From NCBI GenBank assembly GCA_965223265.1, contig OZ244999.1, positions 7,456,001-7,520,000 of the forward strand: a stretch of 64,000 nt of DNA, read 5' to 3'. The translations under genes were made by a program, and so were the position numbers. This document shows, in pieces, positions 30,525 through 40,706 of this stretch. Positions within the stretch are counted from its first letter, which is position 1, and each line of letters starts with the position of its first letter. The notes below the pieces were generated by a model that did not search any database, was not told the origin of the DNA, and was given only the letters and a program-made list of their open reading frames with translations. This DNA comes from Planctomycetota bacterium. Its GTDB lineage: Bacteria > Planctomycetota > UBA8108 > SXIK01.

Positions 30525-32696
30525 CTAATTCCCAAGCTCAGAGCTTGTCTTCGACTTCTGCTGCTCAGCCGCGTTCCACGCCTGCCAGAAACGATCCTCC
30601 ACTTCGCCCGTCGGCAGTCGCTTCGAGGCGTCGGCGCGCGCGGCCGCCAGCTGCTGCTCCTTTTCGGGATCGACCCACCACGTAAAGACCAGCGAGTCGT
30701 AGTCGGCCGTGCGGCCGCCACCCCACTTGGGCATGCCGTACTTGTTCCAAAAGATGACTCGCTGCGACGGCAGGTACCAGCCGAGGACGTAGGGGTGTTC
30801 CTTGTAGATGAGGCCATCGATCTCGCGGATGATCTCGATGCGCTTGGCGATATCGTACTCGCGGTCATACGCAGCGCACAGTTCGTCAACACGAGCACTC
30901 TTGAAGCCGGTGGCGTTGTTGTTGTGCTTCTCGTCCGCGAGCCTGCTGTGGAAGCTCGTCTCCGGGTTTGGGAACACCAGCCCACCCCATGCCGCGTTCA
31001 TGAGCTCGTACTCCTTCTCGGTGAAGCTCTTCCAACCCGCCGCCGGAGTGACGAGCTCGAGCTCAAGGCGGATGCCAGCGCGCTTGCACGACTCTTGAAA
31101 GATCGTCAGGCTCGACTGCTGGAGCGACGTGCGGTAGGTGAGCGTCAGCGTGAATTCTTTGCCGTCCTTGACGCGGTAACCTTCGGCATTGAGCTCGCGC
31201 CAGCCAGCCTCTTCGAGCAGCTCCACGGCGCGGAATTCGTCGTACTCGACCTTGACGTTGCTCGAGTTTTGGTAGATGCCGCCCTGGTAGTAACTTGTGA
31301 GCGGCTCGTACTCGTTGTAGAAGAGCTTCTCGATCATGAGATCGCGGTCGTAGAGATGGGCTAGGGCCTTGCGAATGCGGATGTCGTCGAGCGGCGGCTT
31401 CTGCATGTTGATCGCAATACCGCTCGTACCGTTGGGGGCGTCGGTGTAGAACTTGCGCTTGAGGAGAAGGCCGCGCTGGACGCTCTCGAGCTTGTCGAGC
31501 TCTTCGACCCACCACTGTGCTCGCGGTACGACGAAGTAGTCGAGCTCTCCCTTCTTGATCATCTCAAAGGCGACGTTCGAGTCCCGCACGACCACGTACT
31601 TGAACTCATCGATATTAGCCAAACCAGCCCACGCAGGGTTCTCCTCATCCCACCAATTCTGTCTGCGTTTGATCGCAACTGATTGGTTCATGACGATGGA
31701 CGCATCGTCGACGCGGTAGGGGCCTGAGCTCGCCGGATACCGAAATTGGAACTTATCGAGATACTCGCCGCCCGGGATGGAGATGTCATGCGCAGGCAAA
31801 ATACGCGCCGTCGAGAAGTAGAGAAAATTGCGCCAATTCTCTTCTTTAACTCTCACTTCGACGATGTATTTCGACTTCGCTATCGGTTCCTCGAACTTGC
31901 CGAACGTGAGCTGCTGGCTGGGAAAGAGTATGTCTCGGTCCATCCGGAGCTTGTAGGTGGCAACAACGTCGGCGGCGGTGACCTCCTTGCCGTCGTTCCA
32001 GCGCGCCTTCGGGTTGAGACGAAATCGATAGACTGTCTTGTCGTCGGAGATCCACCAATGCGTGGCAAGCCCCGGAATGAACTCGAGCGTCGTCGGGTGC
32101 AGGCCGAGAAGACCCTCGAAGCAAAGCTCAGCGACAAAAGTGTTGAGGTAGGTGTTCGAATCCTTGCCGATCGTACGCAGCGTCGCAGGCCAGTCGGGAA
32201 TTGCGCGCACCAGCCTGCCACCCTTTGGCGCGCCGGCGACACCAAGGGCGAGAAACCGCGACCGCGTCTCCCAGCCGTCGCCGGTGAAACCGGGGCCGCC
32301 ATCCTCCGCCGACACGTTCCGGTCGCCGGCCTGCGGATCCCACTTGTATTCGACCATTGGGATGTCGGTGTCGTAACGGGCGAGAGGCGCGGCGGTCTCG
32401 GCGGCGGTTGCAGCGGCGTCGTTCGCGGCTGTCGCCGTGTCGGACGGTGTGTCCTTCGTCGCTGTCGCTTCGACAGTAGCCTGGCCGGCAGGTACACCAC
32501 CGTCGGCGCCGGAGTCGCCCGGCGCCTTGCCACCCGGTGTACAGCTTGTGACCGTCGCACACCAGCCTGCGCAAAGGACGAAAAGCAGCGTGGTGCGAAG
32601 TGAAGCGCCACGCTCGCCGCTGCGGCCGCGAGCCGCGTCATTGCGCCCCCCGCCGGCGTTGGTTTTCGCCCCATGACTCGTCGCTGTGCTCAACAT
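30525..32696 (-). CDS. Peptide ABC substrate-binding lipoprotein (YejA/family 5-like)
   Basis: VTSC lipobox and Ala/Thr linker, APKGG, ARWNDGKEVTAADV, SGPY, DIRIRKAL. Start uncertain. Confidence 0.9.
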   Translation of the reverse strand: MLSTATSHGAKTNAGGGRNDAARGRSGERGASLRTTLLFVLCAGWCATVTSCTPGGKAPGDSGADGGVPAGQATVEATATKDTPSDTATAANDAAATAAETAAPLARYDTDIPMVEYKWDPQAGDRNVSAEDGGPGFTGDGWETRSRFLALGVAGAPKGGRLVRAIPDWPATLRTIGKDSNTYLNTFVAELCFEGLLGLHPTTLEFIPGLATHWWISDDKTVYRFRLNPKARWNDGKEVTAADVVATYKLRMDRDILFPSQQLTFGKFEEPIAKSKYIVEVRVKEENWRNFLYFSTARILPAHDISIPGGEYLDKFQFRYPASSGPYRVDDASIVMNQSVAIKRRQNWWDEENPAWAGLANIDEFKYVVVRDSNVAFEMIKKGELDYFVVPRAQWWVEELDKLESVQRGLLLKRKFYTDAPNGTSGIAINMQKPPLDDIRIRKALAHLYDRDLMIEKLFYNEYEPLTSYYQGGIYQNSSNVKVEYDEFRAVELLEEAGWRELNAEGYRVKDGKEFTLTLTYRTSLQQSSLTIFQESCKRAGIRLELELVTPAAGWKSFTEKEYELMNAAWGGLVFPNPETSFHSRLADEKHNNNATGFKSARVDELCAAYDREYDIAKRIEIIREIDGLIYKEHPYVLGWYLPSQRVIFWNKYGMPKWGGGRTADYDSLVFTWWVDPEKEQQLAAARADASKRLPTGEVEDRFWQAWNAAEQQKSKTSSELGN

Positions 32697-32975
32697 ACCG
32701 GACTCCTCTTTCGACTCTCAGTGGTGGTGTGCTCGACGGCTCGCAGGGGCGGCGCGGAAGCGGTGCCATGACTCGTTCGGATTGTAGATTTCAGCCGACC
32801 GCTCGACAACAGCGATCCGCGGCGAGCACGCCGCGGCAGCAAAAACGCTTGCGCGCCCTTCAGTCTCGGCGCCTGATGGTAACGGTATAGCTCGCGAAAG
32901 AAAGAGAAGTCTGGACGCAAAAAGACCGACTCAAAGAACAGACACAAAGACTCGTCAAGAACGGCAACAGCACCC

Positions 32976-34265
32976 ATGGGACAAATCATTCAAGTGAGGC
33001 TGACGCCGGCATTCGTCCTGCTGGCTCTCTACCTATCTCTATCTACGACCACGCTTGCTGGCGGCGACTCGTGGCCGGAGTATCGCGGCCCGCACGCCAA
33101 CGGTCACAGCGACGCACACGACCTGCCGCTGACGTGGAGCGCTGAAGAGAACGTCCGCTGGCAGACGAAGGTCTTCGGCCAAGGCTGGTCGTCGCCCGTG
33201 GTGTGGAAGGATCAGATCTGGATGACGACGGCGACCGATGACGGCAAGGAGCTCTACGCGGTCTGCGTCGATCGCACCAGCGGCTCAATCGTCCACCAGC
33301 CGAAGGTCTTCGACGTCGAAGAGCCCGAGAAGATCCACACGCTCAACACCTACGCCTCACCCTCGCCGGTCATCGAGGAGGGACGTGTCTACGTTCACTT
33401 CGGTACCTACGGCACCGCAGCGCTCAATACCCAGAGCGCAGAGATTATCTGGACTCGGCGCGACCTGCGTCTCACGCACCGCACCGGGCCGGGCTCATCG
33501 CCGATCGTTCACGGCGAACTTCTCGTCTTTCACTGCGACGGCGCCGACGTGCGCTACGTCATCGCGCTCGACAAACAAAGCGGAGACACCGTCTGGAAGA
33601 CGCCGCGCTCGAACGACGTCTCGCACCGGCCACCGCCGCATCACAAGGCGTTTTCGACACCCATCGTCGCCACGGTGGACGGTGAGGCGCAGCTCATCAG
33701 CACTGGCGCGCACGCCGTCATGGGCTACGACCCACGCGACGGGCGCGAAATCTGGCGCGTTCGCTACGACGGCTTCTCCAATGTCTCACGACCGCTGCAG
33801 GGTCACGGTCTCTTCTTCATCAACACTGGCTACGAACAAGCGCAGCTCCTGGCGATCAAGGAGGGTGGCCGCGGTGACATCACCGAGTCGCACATCGCCT
33901 GGCGGCGCAAGCAAGGCATACCCAAAAAACCCTCGCCTCTTTTGATCGACAATCTCATCTACCTCGTCACCGACAACGGCATTGCGACGTGCATCGAAGC
34001 GAAGACGGGAGATCTCGTCTGGCGCGAAAGGCTCCCGGGCGAGTACTCGGCGTCGCCGATCTACGCCGACGGCCGCATCTATTACTTCAACCAAGACGGC
34101 GACACGATCGTCGTGCAGCCCGGACGCACCTACAAGCACTTGGCGACGAACCATCTCGCCCCCGGCTTCATGGCGTCGCCCGCCGTCGCCGGCGGCGCGT
34201 TCTACCTGCGGACGAAAACGCATCTGGTGCGTGTCGAGGAGCTGGCGGCCGCCGCGGGGGACTGA
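32976..34265 (+). CDS. PQQ-like (BamB-like) beta-propeller protein
   Basis: WPEYRGP, GWSSPVV, SSPI, STP, YSASP, ASPA; typical planctomycete family. Confidence 0.9.
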   Translation: MGQIIQVRLTPAFVLLALYLSLSTTTLAGGDSWPEYRGPHANGHSDAHDLPLTWSAEENVRWQTKVFGQGWSSPVVWKDQIWMTTATDDGKELYAVCVDRTSGSIVHQPKVFDVEEPEKIHTLNTYASPSPVIEEGRVYVHFGTYGTAALNTQSAEIIWTRRDLRLTHRTGPGSSPIVHGELLVFHCDGADVRYVIALDKQSGDTVWKTPRSNDVSHRPPPHHKAFSTPIVATVDGEAQLISTGAHAVMGYDPRDGREIWRVRYDGFSNVSRPLQGHGLFFINTGYEQAQLLAIKEGGRGDITESHIAWRRKQGIPKKPSPLLIDNLIYLVTDNGIATCIEAKTGDLVWRERLPGEYSASPIYADGRIYYFNQDGDTIVVQPGRTYKHLATNHLAPGFMASPAVAGGAFYLRTKTHLVRVEELAAAAGD

Positions 34266-34403
34266 GGGCTGTAAGACGGGCGATCGGGCGTCGGGCGCGG
34301 GCTCTGTTTGCGTTTGCGTGGGCGTGTCTCCGTGCCTCTCAACCCGCCGCGCCACGAAACGCTCGCCTCTTCAATCACTCGGCTGACGATATGACATCAT
34401 CGC

Positions 34404-34440
34404 TTGACTCCATTGAATGCATATTGTAGTATTCAGCGCG
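34404..34440 (+). promoter_or_regulatory. Sigma70-type promoter with overlapping palindromic operator for the TA operon
   Basis: TTGACT-N17-TAGTAT ending 8 nt before the ATG; imperfect IR TGAATGC(34414-34420)...GTATTCA(34429-34435); no SD. Confidence 0.65.
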
Positions 34441-34692
34441 ATGAAAAACCTTACAGTACGGAACGTCGACCCCGACCTTGCCGAGGCGCTGGACCGGGAG
34501 CGACGCAGGGCCGATAAATCATTAAACCAGACGATCTTAGATCTTCTGAGAAGAGCTCTCGGGACGACGAAGACGGAGGCCTATTCGAACGGCCTCCGCG
34601 AGCTCGCCGGCGGCTGGAGCGACGCTGAGCACGAGGCTTTCGAGCGTGCCTGCCAAGACTTTGAGAAGGTCGACGAGGACCTTTGGCGGTGA
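34441..34692 (+). CDS. RHH antitoxin (FitA/VapB-like)
   Basis: MKNLTVRNVDPDL...SLNQTILDLL; acidic C-terminus; GTGA overlap with the PIN gene. Confidence 0.88.
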   Translation: MKNLTVRNVDPDLAEALDRERRRADKSLNQTILDLLRRALGTTKTEAYSNGLRELAGGWSDAEHEAFERACQDFEKVDEDLWR

Positions 34693-35087
34693 GCAGGATC
34701 TGCCTGGACACCTCGGCGTACAGTCATTTCCGCCGCGGTCACTCGCCGGTCGTCGCTCTGATCGATTCTGCGCGCGAGGTCTTCGTACCCGTCGTGGTGC
34801 TGGGCGAGCTAAGGGCAGGATTTCGGCTTGGCGAACTGGCGGACGAAAACGAGACCCACCTCGGACTCTTTCTCGCGCATCCGGTGGTGTCCGTCGTCGA
34901 AGTGGACGACGAAACCGCCTCTCACTACGCGGATCTGTGGGTTGAGTTGCGTCGCGCCGGGACACCACTCCCCACCAACGACGTCTGGGTCGGCGCTCTG
35001 GCGCTGCGGTCCGGCTCGATGGTCGTCACCTACGACGAGCACTTTCGGCGCATGGGTCGCGTCGGTTCGAACGTCCTACACGCGTAG
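34689..35087 (+). CDS. vapC: PIN-domain toxin
   Basis: LDTSAY, VLGEL, PLPTNDVWV, TYDEHF. Confidence 0.92.
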   Translation: MSRICLDTSAYSHFRRGHSPVVALIDSAREVFVPVVVLGELRAGFRLGELADENETHLGLFLAHPVVSVVEVDDETASHYADLWVELRRAGTPLPTNDVWVGALALRSGSMVVTYDEHFRRMGRVGSNVLHA

Positions 35088-35186
35088 ACTTTGACCGCTC
35101 CTGTCGGTCAATGCCGGACATGCCAGGCGTGAGGATGCGGGCGTGACAAACCAGGGGGATAGCGAAGGCAACCTAGCCCGCACCCC

Positions 35187-38100
35187 TCACTCACTCCAAA
35201 AAGAGTACAACCGCGCGTTCTTCATCGAAAACGTAAGACGCGTCACGCGGCCGACTGGCGCTCGATCATTCTTCCATGGAATGCGCACGTTCACGCCTCC
35301 CGAGCGGATCGGCAGCGACGATTGGCCGTCTGTACTCATCACCTGCAACCAACCGCCAGGGTCCACCTCGGCGTTGATGTGGAGCTCTTTGCCGTCGAGC
35401 ACGATCGGGCGTGTACGCAGCGTGCCAGGCTCGCTGCCGGCCTCGACCGACACAAAACCGTCAACGCGTAGCGTGCCAAGGCCGATTGCGCCGGTGTTCG
35501 GCACCTCGTTGTGCAGCGTGCTGCGGCCGCTGTAGTAAAACCACAGCTCGTCGCCGACGCGCAGCGGCGGATTCTTCGCCATGGCGTTGTTGCCGAAGTC
35601 CCAGTCGCCGCGCTTTGGCGAGGTCGGGATGAAGGGTTCGCGGAGCGGCCGCTGCCAGGACTTGGCGTTACGACTCGCGGCGAGCTGGATGTCGATCTTG
35701 TCCGTCTCGGTGTCGTACATGCGCAAGAACCCGAGGTAGACGCTCTCGTAGCGGCAGATCGACAGTGCATACATCTCATCGCCCGGTGTGTCGCGCTCAT
35801 CGACGGTGGCCATGAGATACGTGTCGGTCCAGTTGTCAAAGTCTCTGCTTTCGGCGTAACCGCGAGCACGCTTGCCATGGCGAAAGATCTTCACCGAGGC
35901 AATCCACTTCTCCCCGAGCGGATCCCAATGCACGCTCGTCGAATCGTAGCATTGTTCAAGCAGGATGCCGCCGTCACGCCAGTGGAGGCCATCTGCCGAG
36001 AAGATCGCACGCGTGCCTGAAGCACGGATCGCGCCTTTGTAACGACGGGAAGGATCCGGGTCACGTGGGTCGTAGATGATGGTGATCTGGCTGCGTACGG
36101 GGAACAGAATGTTCGTAGCCGCGCGCCCCGCGAAAGGGTGAATGTCGAGCTTCGGCTTGACCCACTGCAAACCGTCATCGGATTCGGCGTAGCATAGAAA
36201 CGACGGCTGGCCGACGTGCTTGCCCCAAGCGAGGTACCACATGCGAAACTTCCTCATCTCAGGATCGAAGACGACGCTGCCGTAGAGGAGGACGCTGGTT
36301 CCTTCCCATGGTTCGGTCGGAGTGATGAGCGGGTTGGCCGCATGTTTGTTCACCGCGTGGAGTCGGCGCTCGACATCTTCAAGCTCCGCGATCACCCCGT
36401 CGTCGACAAAGAGCTGACGCTCGCGGCCGACACGGATCGGTTCGCTCACGGGTGCAACCTCGCGACTCACATCACGCAGTGGGGGCTCCGGCGGCGCCGG
36501 CAGCGCGTTGGCGCCAAGCGGCGCCCCGATGCGAAAGTCATCCCAATACCCCGAACCCCGCGCACGCGATGTCTCGGTGTCGCCGACCTCCACCTTGGCG
36601 AGCTCACGACCCGGACCGAGATCGCGATACGTGCCGATGAACTCCTCAGCACCCGGCGGGCCCAGCCACAGATCGACTTCGCGCGCGGCACGGCGTCGAT
36701 GTTGCAGAACGCGAAGCCAACGGTCTTGCTGAAGCGCGCTCGCGACAGCGCGAACGCGTCGCGGACCGTCTTCGCCTCCTTCGAGGGTGTCGAGTCGGTA
36801 GGTGCCGCTTGACGCCGTCCCCACGGCCACGAGCATGAGCCCGACGTTTTCGCCGCTCGCTGACCTTCCCCTCCACACCGTCAGGTCCTCCAGGTCGACT
36901 GCACGAGTCCGCGCCGGGCGAAAGACGACCTCACCGACCTCGTCGCCGTCGCCTGCGACCGAGGCCGCGTCGAAACGTCGCTGCAGACGCACGCGGGCGA
37001 TTTGATCAGGCCGAGTGGTCTGAACGTGAGCGCAGCGCGAGCCGCGGTAGGCGAAGCCCCGGGTGATCGTAGCGGTGCCCTCGTCGCGGCCACTGAATGG
37101 GTCACCTAGCCAGCGCACGCCCGCGTTCACCGCCTGCACGACGCCGTCTGTATAGTTCTCAAGATCAGCGTTGAGCACACGCCCGTCGGCACGCGGTGGC
37201 ACACGTTTCAAGCCGCGGCGATCGATCTCATAGAACCACGCGTAGCGGCGGTCGTTGATCAGGACTTCCGCGTCGCCGTCGCCGTCGAAGTCGCCCGTGC
37301 GAGCGTAGAAGCCGTAGCCGTAGTCGTCCGGCCTTCCGGGCACCTCGCCCCAGTCTTGCGCGACGTTCGGCGTGTAGGGGAACTCAAGAGCTCGCTCGCC
37401 GCGACCATCGATGACGTAAGGCCAGCCAGCGTCGGTAAAGACGAGAAGATCTTCCCCGTCCGGCCCGGCCTCCGGTAGCAACGTCGTTGGATCGAAGACG
37501 TGGAATTTCTGTCGCCGACAGGGAGCAGCTTCGCCGAGCGGAAAATTCTTCGGCGGCATCACCTGCCAGATCTCCTCGCCTGCGGCATCGTAGAGCCGCA
37601 GCTCGGCGCGCTTGTTGTGGATGAAGACCTGACTCCCGCGGCGGGCCGGATCGAAGCGACCGATCTGACAGTGCTGCGGATGTGTGGATCGGCGCTTCCA
37701 GATGAGACTGCCGTCCCGTGCGTCGAGCAGGTAAGCAGTGTCACTCGCCGCCAGGCCGACGCACGAGCGTCCGCCGATCAGGCCGAAGGCGATGTGATCG
37801 ACATGCATCTGCGCGGCGCTCCATTCGGTCGCCGCGACTGGCTGAAACGACCAGACCCTGCTCAGGTCGCTCTCGACCAAACTGTAGCCGATCAGGAACT
37901 CATCGAGCCCGTCGTCGTCGACGTCGATCACCTTGGGGGCGTGCCCGGCGCCGAGGTAGTCAACGGTTTTGAGCAGTTCCAGGTCGTTTGAGTAGAACCA
38001 CGCCGGATTGGCGTATTCGTGCGGCGGGTAGGCGCCCTCGGCGTTCTTGGCGATGATGGTCCAGCCAGAAGGACGCGGGTCGGTGCGACCGACCTGGACG

Positions 38101-38618
38101 ATCTGCACGTTGTCTGCGAGTGTTCTCCTAGAGTTCTCGAGCTCTCCCGTCTGCGCATCCAGCACCAAGAGTTCACTGCGGCGCACGCAGACGACCTCCA
38201 TGCGGCCATCGCCATCGATATCGGCGACATCGAGCGCCCGTTCGGCGCTGTGCGTTACGAAGGGGCGCGAGCCGCGCCAAGGCTCCCCGAGCTGCCAGAG
38301 GATCTTCCCTTTGGCGTCAGTCGCTGTGAGCGCGAAGTGATTTCGCTCCGTTTCACTCCACTTGCCTTTCCACGGCGCGACGTCGAAGACCAGCGAGTGG
38401 AAGAGCCCGGGAGACTGGAGCCAGAGAATGTCGGTCCGGCCGTCCGCGTCGAGGTCAGCGCAGAACGGGATGCCACCGAAAGCGCCGAGACTAATCTCGG
38501 CGGTGAGGCGAAAAGAGATCGGTGCTGCGTCGTCGCCGGCGGCAGCGACATCCGCGTCGACGTTAGCAGGCAAGATGGCCAGAATCGCGAGGCCGAAAAG
38601 AACCCGAAGCATGGTCAT
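35187..38618 (-). CDS. Large secreted putative CAZyme: FG-GAP/PL11-like propeller + beta-sandwich + five-bladed GH-like propeller
   Basis: Signal peptide; repeated DxDxDG loops, GAGH, HVDH, HPQH; C-terminal KHAANP, PWE, YAESDDGLQWVKP, QLAASR, LRVDGFVS. Confidence 0.75.
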   Translation of the reverse strand: MTMLRVLFGLAILAILPANVDADVAAAGDDAAPISFRLTAEISLGAFGGIPFCADLDADGRTDILWLQSPGLFHSLVFDVAPWKGKWSETERNHFALTATDAKGKILWQLGEPWRGSRPFVTHSAERALDVADIDGDGRMEVVCVRRSELLVLDAQTGELENSRRTLADNVQIVQVGRTDPRPSGWTIIAKNAEGAYPPHEYANPAWFYSNDLELLKTVDYLGAGHAPKVIDVDDDGLDEFLIGYSLVESDLSRVWSFQPVAATEWSAAQMHVDHIAFGLIGGRSCVGLAASDTAYLLDARDGSLIWKRRSTHPQHCQIGRFDPARRGSQVFIHNKRAELRLYDAAGEEIWQVMPPKNFPLGEAAPCRRQKFHVFDPTTLLPEAGPDGEDLLVFTDAGWPYVIDGRGERALEFPYTPNVAQDWGEVPGRPDDYGYGFYARTGDFDGDGDAEVLINDRRYAWFYEIDRRGLKRVPPRADGRVLNADLENYTDGVVQAVNAGVRWLGDPFSGRDEGTATITRGFAYRGSRCAHVQTTRPDQIARVRLQRRFDAASVAGDGDEVGEVVFRPARTRAVDLEDLTVWRGRSASGENVGLMLVAVGTASSGTYRLDTLEGGEDGPRRVRAVASALQQDRWLRVLQHRRRAAREVDLWLGPPGAEEFIGTYRDLGPGRELAKVEVGDTETSRARGSGYWDDFRIGAPLGANALPAPPEPPLRDVSREVAPVSEPIRVGRERQLFVDDGVIAELEDVERRLHAVNKHAANPLITPTEPWEGTSVLLYGSVVFDPEMRKFRMWYLAWGKHVGQPSFLCYAESDDGLQWVKPKLDIHPFAGRAATNILFPVRSQITIIYDPRDPDPSRRYKGAIRASGTRAIFSADGLHWRDGGILLEQCYDSTSVHWDPLGEKWIASVKIFRHGKRARGYAESRDFDNWTDTYLMATVDERDTPGDEMYALSICRYESVYLGFLRMYDTETDKIDIQLAASRNAKSWQRPLREPFIPTSPKRGDWDFGNNAMAKNPPLRVGDELWFYYSGRSTLHNEVPNTGAIGLGTLRVDGFVSVEAGSEPGTLRTRPIVLDGKELHINAEVDPGGWLQVMSTDGQSSLPIRSGGVNVRIPWKNDRAPVGRVTRLTFSMKNARLYSFWSE

Positions 38619-38840
38619 GGTACACCGTTGGGCACGTGTGACGGTCCATTCTCGGGTAGAGCCGCAAGGTTTTCCACGCTGATCAGGGCGAACGCAGAAT
38701 GCTGCGTTCAGTGCGTGCAAAGACGCAGCACGGAAAGCGCGGCAGCCCGGACGACGAAGGTTTTTCGCGATCACTTTTTGCAAGCGCTCAGTCTCTATGG
38801 AGAATCGACATTCTCAGGCGCACAACACGAGGAGAATGAC

Positions 38841-40292
38841 ATGCAGGTTCGAACAGTTTTTCGCATCGCCACGACGTCCGTTCTCGCCGGCGTCGTTCTC
38901 ACTTCGCTTGTCGTCGCTGAGCCAGCCACCTCGTGGCCGCAGTTTCGCGGCCGCAACAGCTCCGGGCTAGCTGGTCCCAACGAAAAGCTGCCAACCGAGA
39001 TTGCGCCCGACAGGAACGTCGTGTGGAAGGTGAAACTACCGCCTGGCCACTCTTCTCCGATTCTCTTCGCGGAGCGCATCTACGTTACGGCTGAGCGTGA
39101 TGGCAAGCTGCTCACCATCGCGCTAAGGCGCCGCGACGGCAAGGTGGACTGGGAGAAGGAAGCGCCTCATCGAGAGCTCGAAGAGATTCACGAGATTGGT
39201 AGCCACGCGCAGTCGACGCCGGTCACCGACGGCCAACGCGTCGTCAGCTTCTTCGGTTCCTTCGGCCTCCTCTGCTACGGCCGCGACGGCGAGCTCCTCT
39301 GGCAGCGTGAGCTTGGCCCCTTCAACAACACGTTCGGCGCCGGCAGCTCGCCGATCTTGGTCGACGACTGGGTGATCCTTAGTCAAGACCACGACACCGA
39401 CTCGTTCCTCATGGCGCTCGACAAGCGCACAGGGGACACGGTGTGGAAGACGGACCGCAAGGAGTTTCCGCGTAACTACTGCACCCCGTTTCTATGGGAA
39501 GCTGCGGGCAAGCGACAGATCGTCGTCGCCGCGACTCTCCGCGCCGTCGGCTACGACCTCGCCACGGGCCGTGAGACGTGGACAGTGCACGGACTTTCGC
39601 GCGCCGTCTGCATGACCCCGGTCGTCGCACCCGATGGAACGCTCTTCGTGGCCGGCTGGGCCGGCGGCGGAGACATCGGCCAACCTCTGCACGTGCCGGA
39701 GTATGAGGCGGCGGCAAACGAGTTCGACCGCAACAAGAACGGCTCGTTCGAAGAGCCCGAGATGCCGAAAGAGCATCCCTTCAAGGTTCGTTTCGTGCAA
39801 GTTGACCGCGACAAAAGCGGCTCGATCACCCGCAAAGAATATGAGTACTACAAGGGACTCTTCGATACAGCGCGCAACTCCTTCCTCGCCATTCGGCCGG
39901 GCGGAGAGGGCGATGTCACGAACTCGCACGTCCTCTGGAAGTCACGAAAGTTCGTACCCTTTTGCGCGTCGCCGCTCTATATCAACGGCGTCCTCTTCAC
40001 CATCAAAGACAACGGCATCCTCACGTCGCGTGACGTCCAGACAGGAGATGCCGTCAAGACCGGACGGCTCAAAGCCTCGAAGGCCTACTACAGCTCGCCA
40101 GTAGGTGGCGACGGCAAAGTGTACATGGTCAACCAACGCGGCGAGGTGACGGTCGTCAGCGCCAAAGGTGAGTGGGAAGTGCTGGCGACAGCCGACCTCG
40201 GCGAAGAGGTCTACGCCACGCCGGCGATCGTCGCGGGACGGATCTATCTGCGGACTGCGGGGCATCTCTACTGCTTTGGCGTTGACGCTTAA
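38841..40292 (+). CDS. PQQ-like beta-propeller protein with EF-hand insertion
   Basis: SD GAGGAG; WPQFRG, GHSSP, STPVTDG, YSSPV, YATPA; DRNKNGSFEEPE and DRDKSGSITRKE loops. Confidence 0.9.
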   Translation: MQVRTVFRIATTSVLAGVVLTSLVVAEPATSWPQFRGRNSSGLAGPNEKLPTEIAPDRNVVWKVKLPPGHSSPILFAERIYVTAERDGKLLTIALRRRDGKVDWEKEAPHRELEEIHEIGSHAQSTPVTDGQRVVSFFGSFGLLCYGRDGELLWQRELGPFNNTFGAGSSPILVDDWVILSQDHDTDSFLMALDKRTGDTVWKTDRKEFPRNYCTPFLWEAAGKRQIVVAATLRAVGYDLATGRETWTVHGLSRAVCMTPVVAPDGTLFVAGWAGGGDIGQPLHVPEYEAAANEFDRNKNGSFEEPEMPKEHPFKVRFVQVDRDKSGSITRKEYEYYKGLFDTARNSFLAIRPGGEGDVTNSHVLWKSRKFVPFCASPLYINGVLFTIKDNGILTSRDVQTGDAVKTGRLKASKAYYSSPVGGDGKVYMVNQRGEVTVVSAKGEWEVLATADLGEEVYATPAIVAGRIYLRTAGHLYCFGVDA

Positions 40293-40451
40293 CAGCCTGT
40301 TGAAAAAGCGCTTCGAGCTGAAAACTGGTCGCTTCGCGTCCAGATCAGCCGCGGCGAACGCAGGTAATCTCCGAGATTCTCGAGGCTCGCCGCGGCTGAT
40401 CTGGGCGTGAAGAGGCCGGTTTCTCAGCCGAATGACTTTTTCAACGGGCTG
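40293..40451. mobile_element. MITE-A copy 3, 159 bp, TTAA target duplication
   Basis: TTAA-CAGCCTGTTGAAAAAG...CTTTTTCAACGGGCTG-TTAA; the left TTAA contains the TAA stop of the upstream gene; near-identical to 13484-13642. Confidence 0.9.
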
Positions 40452-40706
40452 TTAACTTAACAGCCGGTGGAAAGCATCATTCAGCGGAGCAGCCAGACGC
40501 TCGCTCTTTGTTCGCCATTTCTCCTGAGCGGACAGCCTCGAACTTGGAGTGCCCTAACCTAGCAGCCGAGTCTCGCGGACGACCCATCGACTGCCGGAGA
40601 CACGAGCGAGGCCGCTGGTAGAGCGCAGGCGCGGGCGATAGAATCGTTGCCGGAAGGATGGAGGTTTGTGAGAAGCACCATTGCGTCTTCAGAGCGTTGA
40701 TTCGAA

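Noticed and set aside
38019-38840. N-terminal extensions of ORFs 38019(+), 38783(-), 16410(+), 22386(+), 27611(-), 61795(-)
   Set aside because: They overlap neighbouring genes or lack family similarity; downstream starts with SD or signal peptides fit better.
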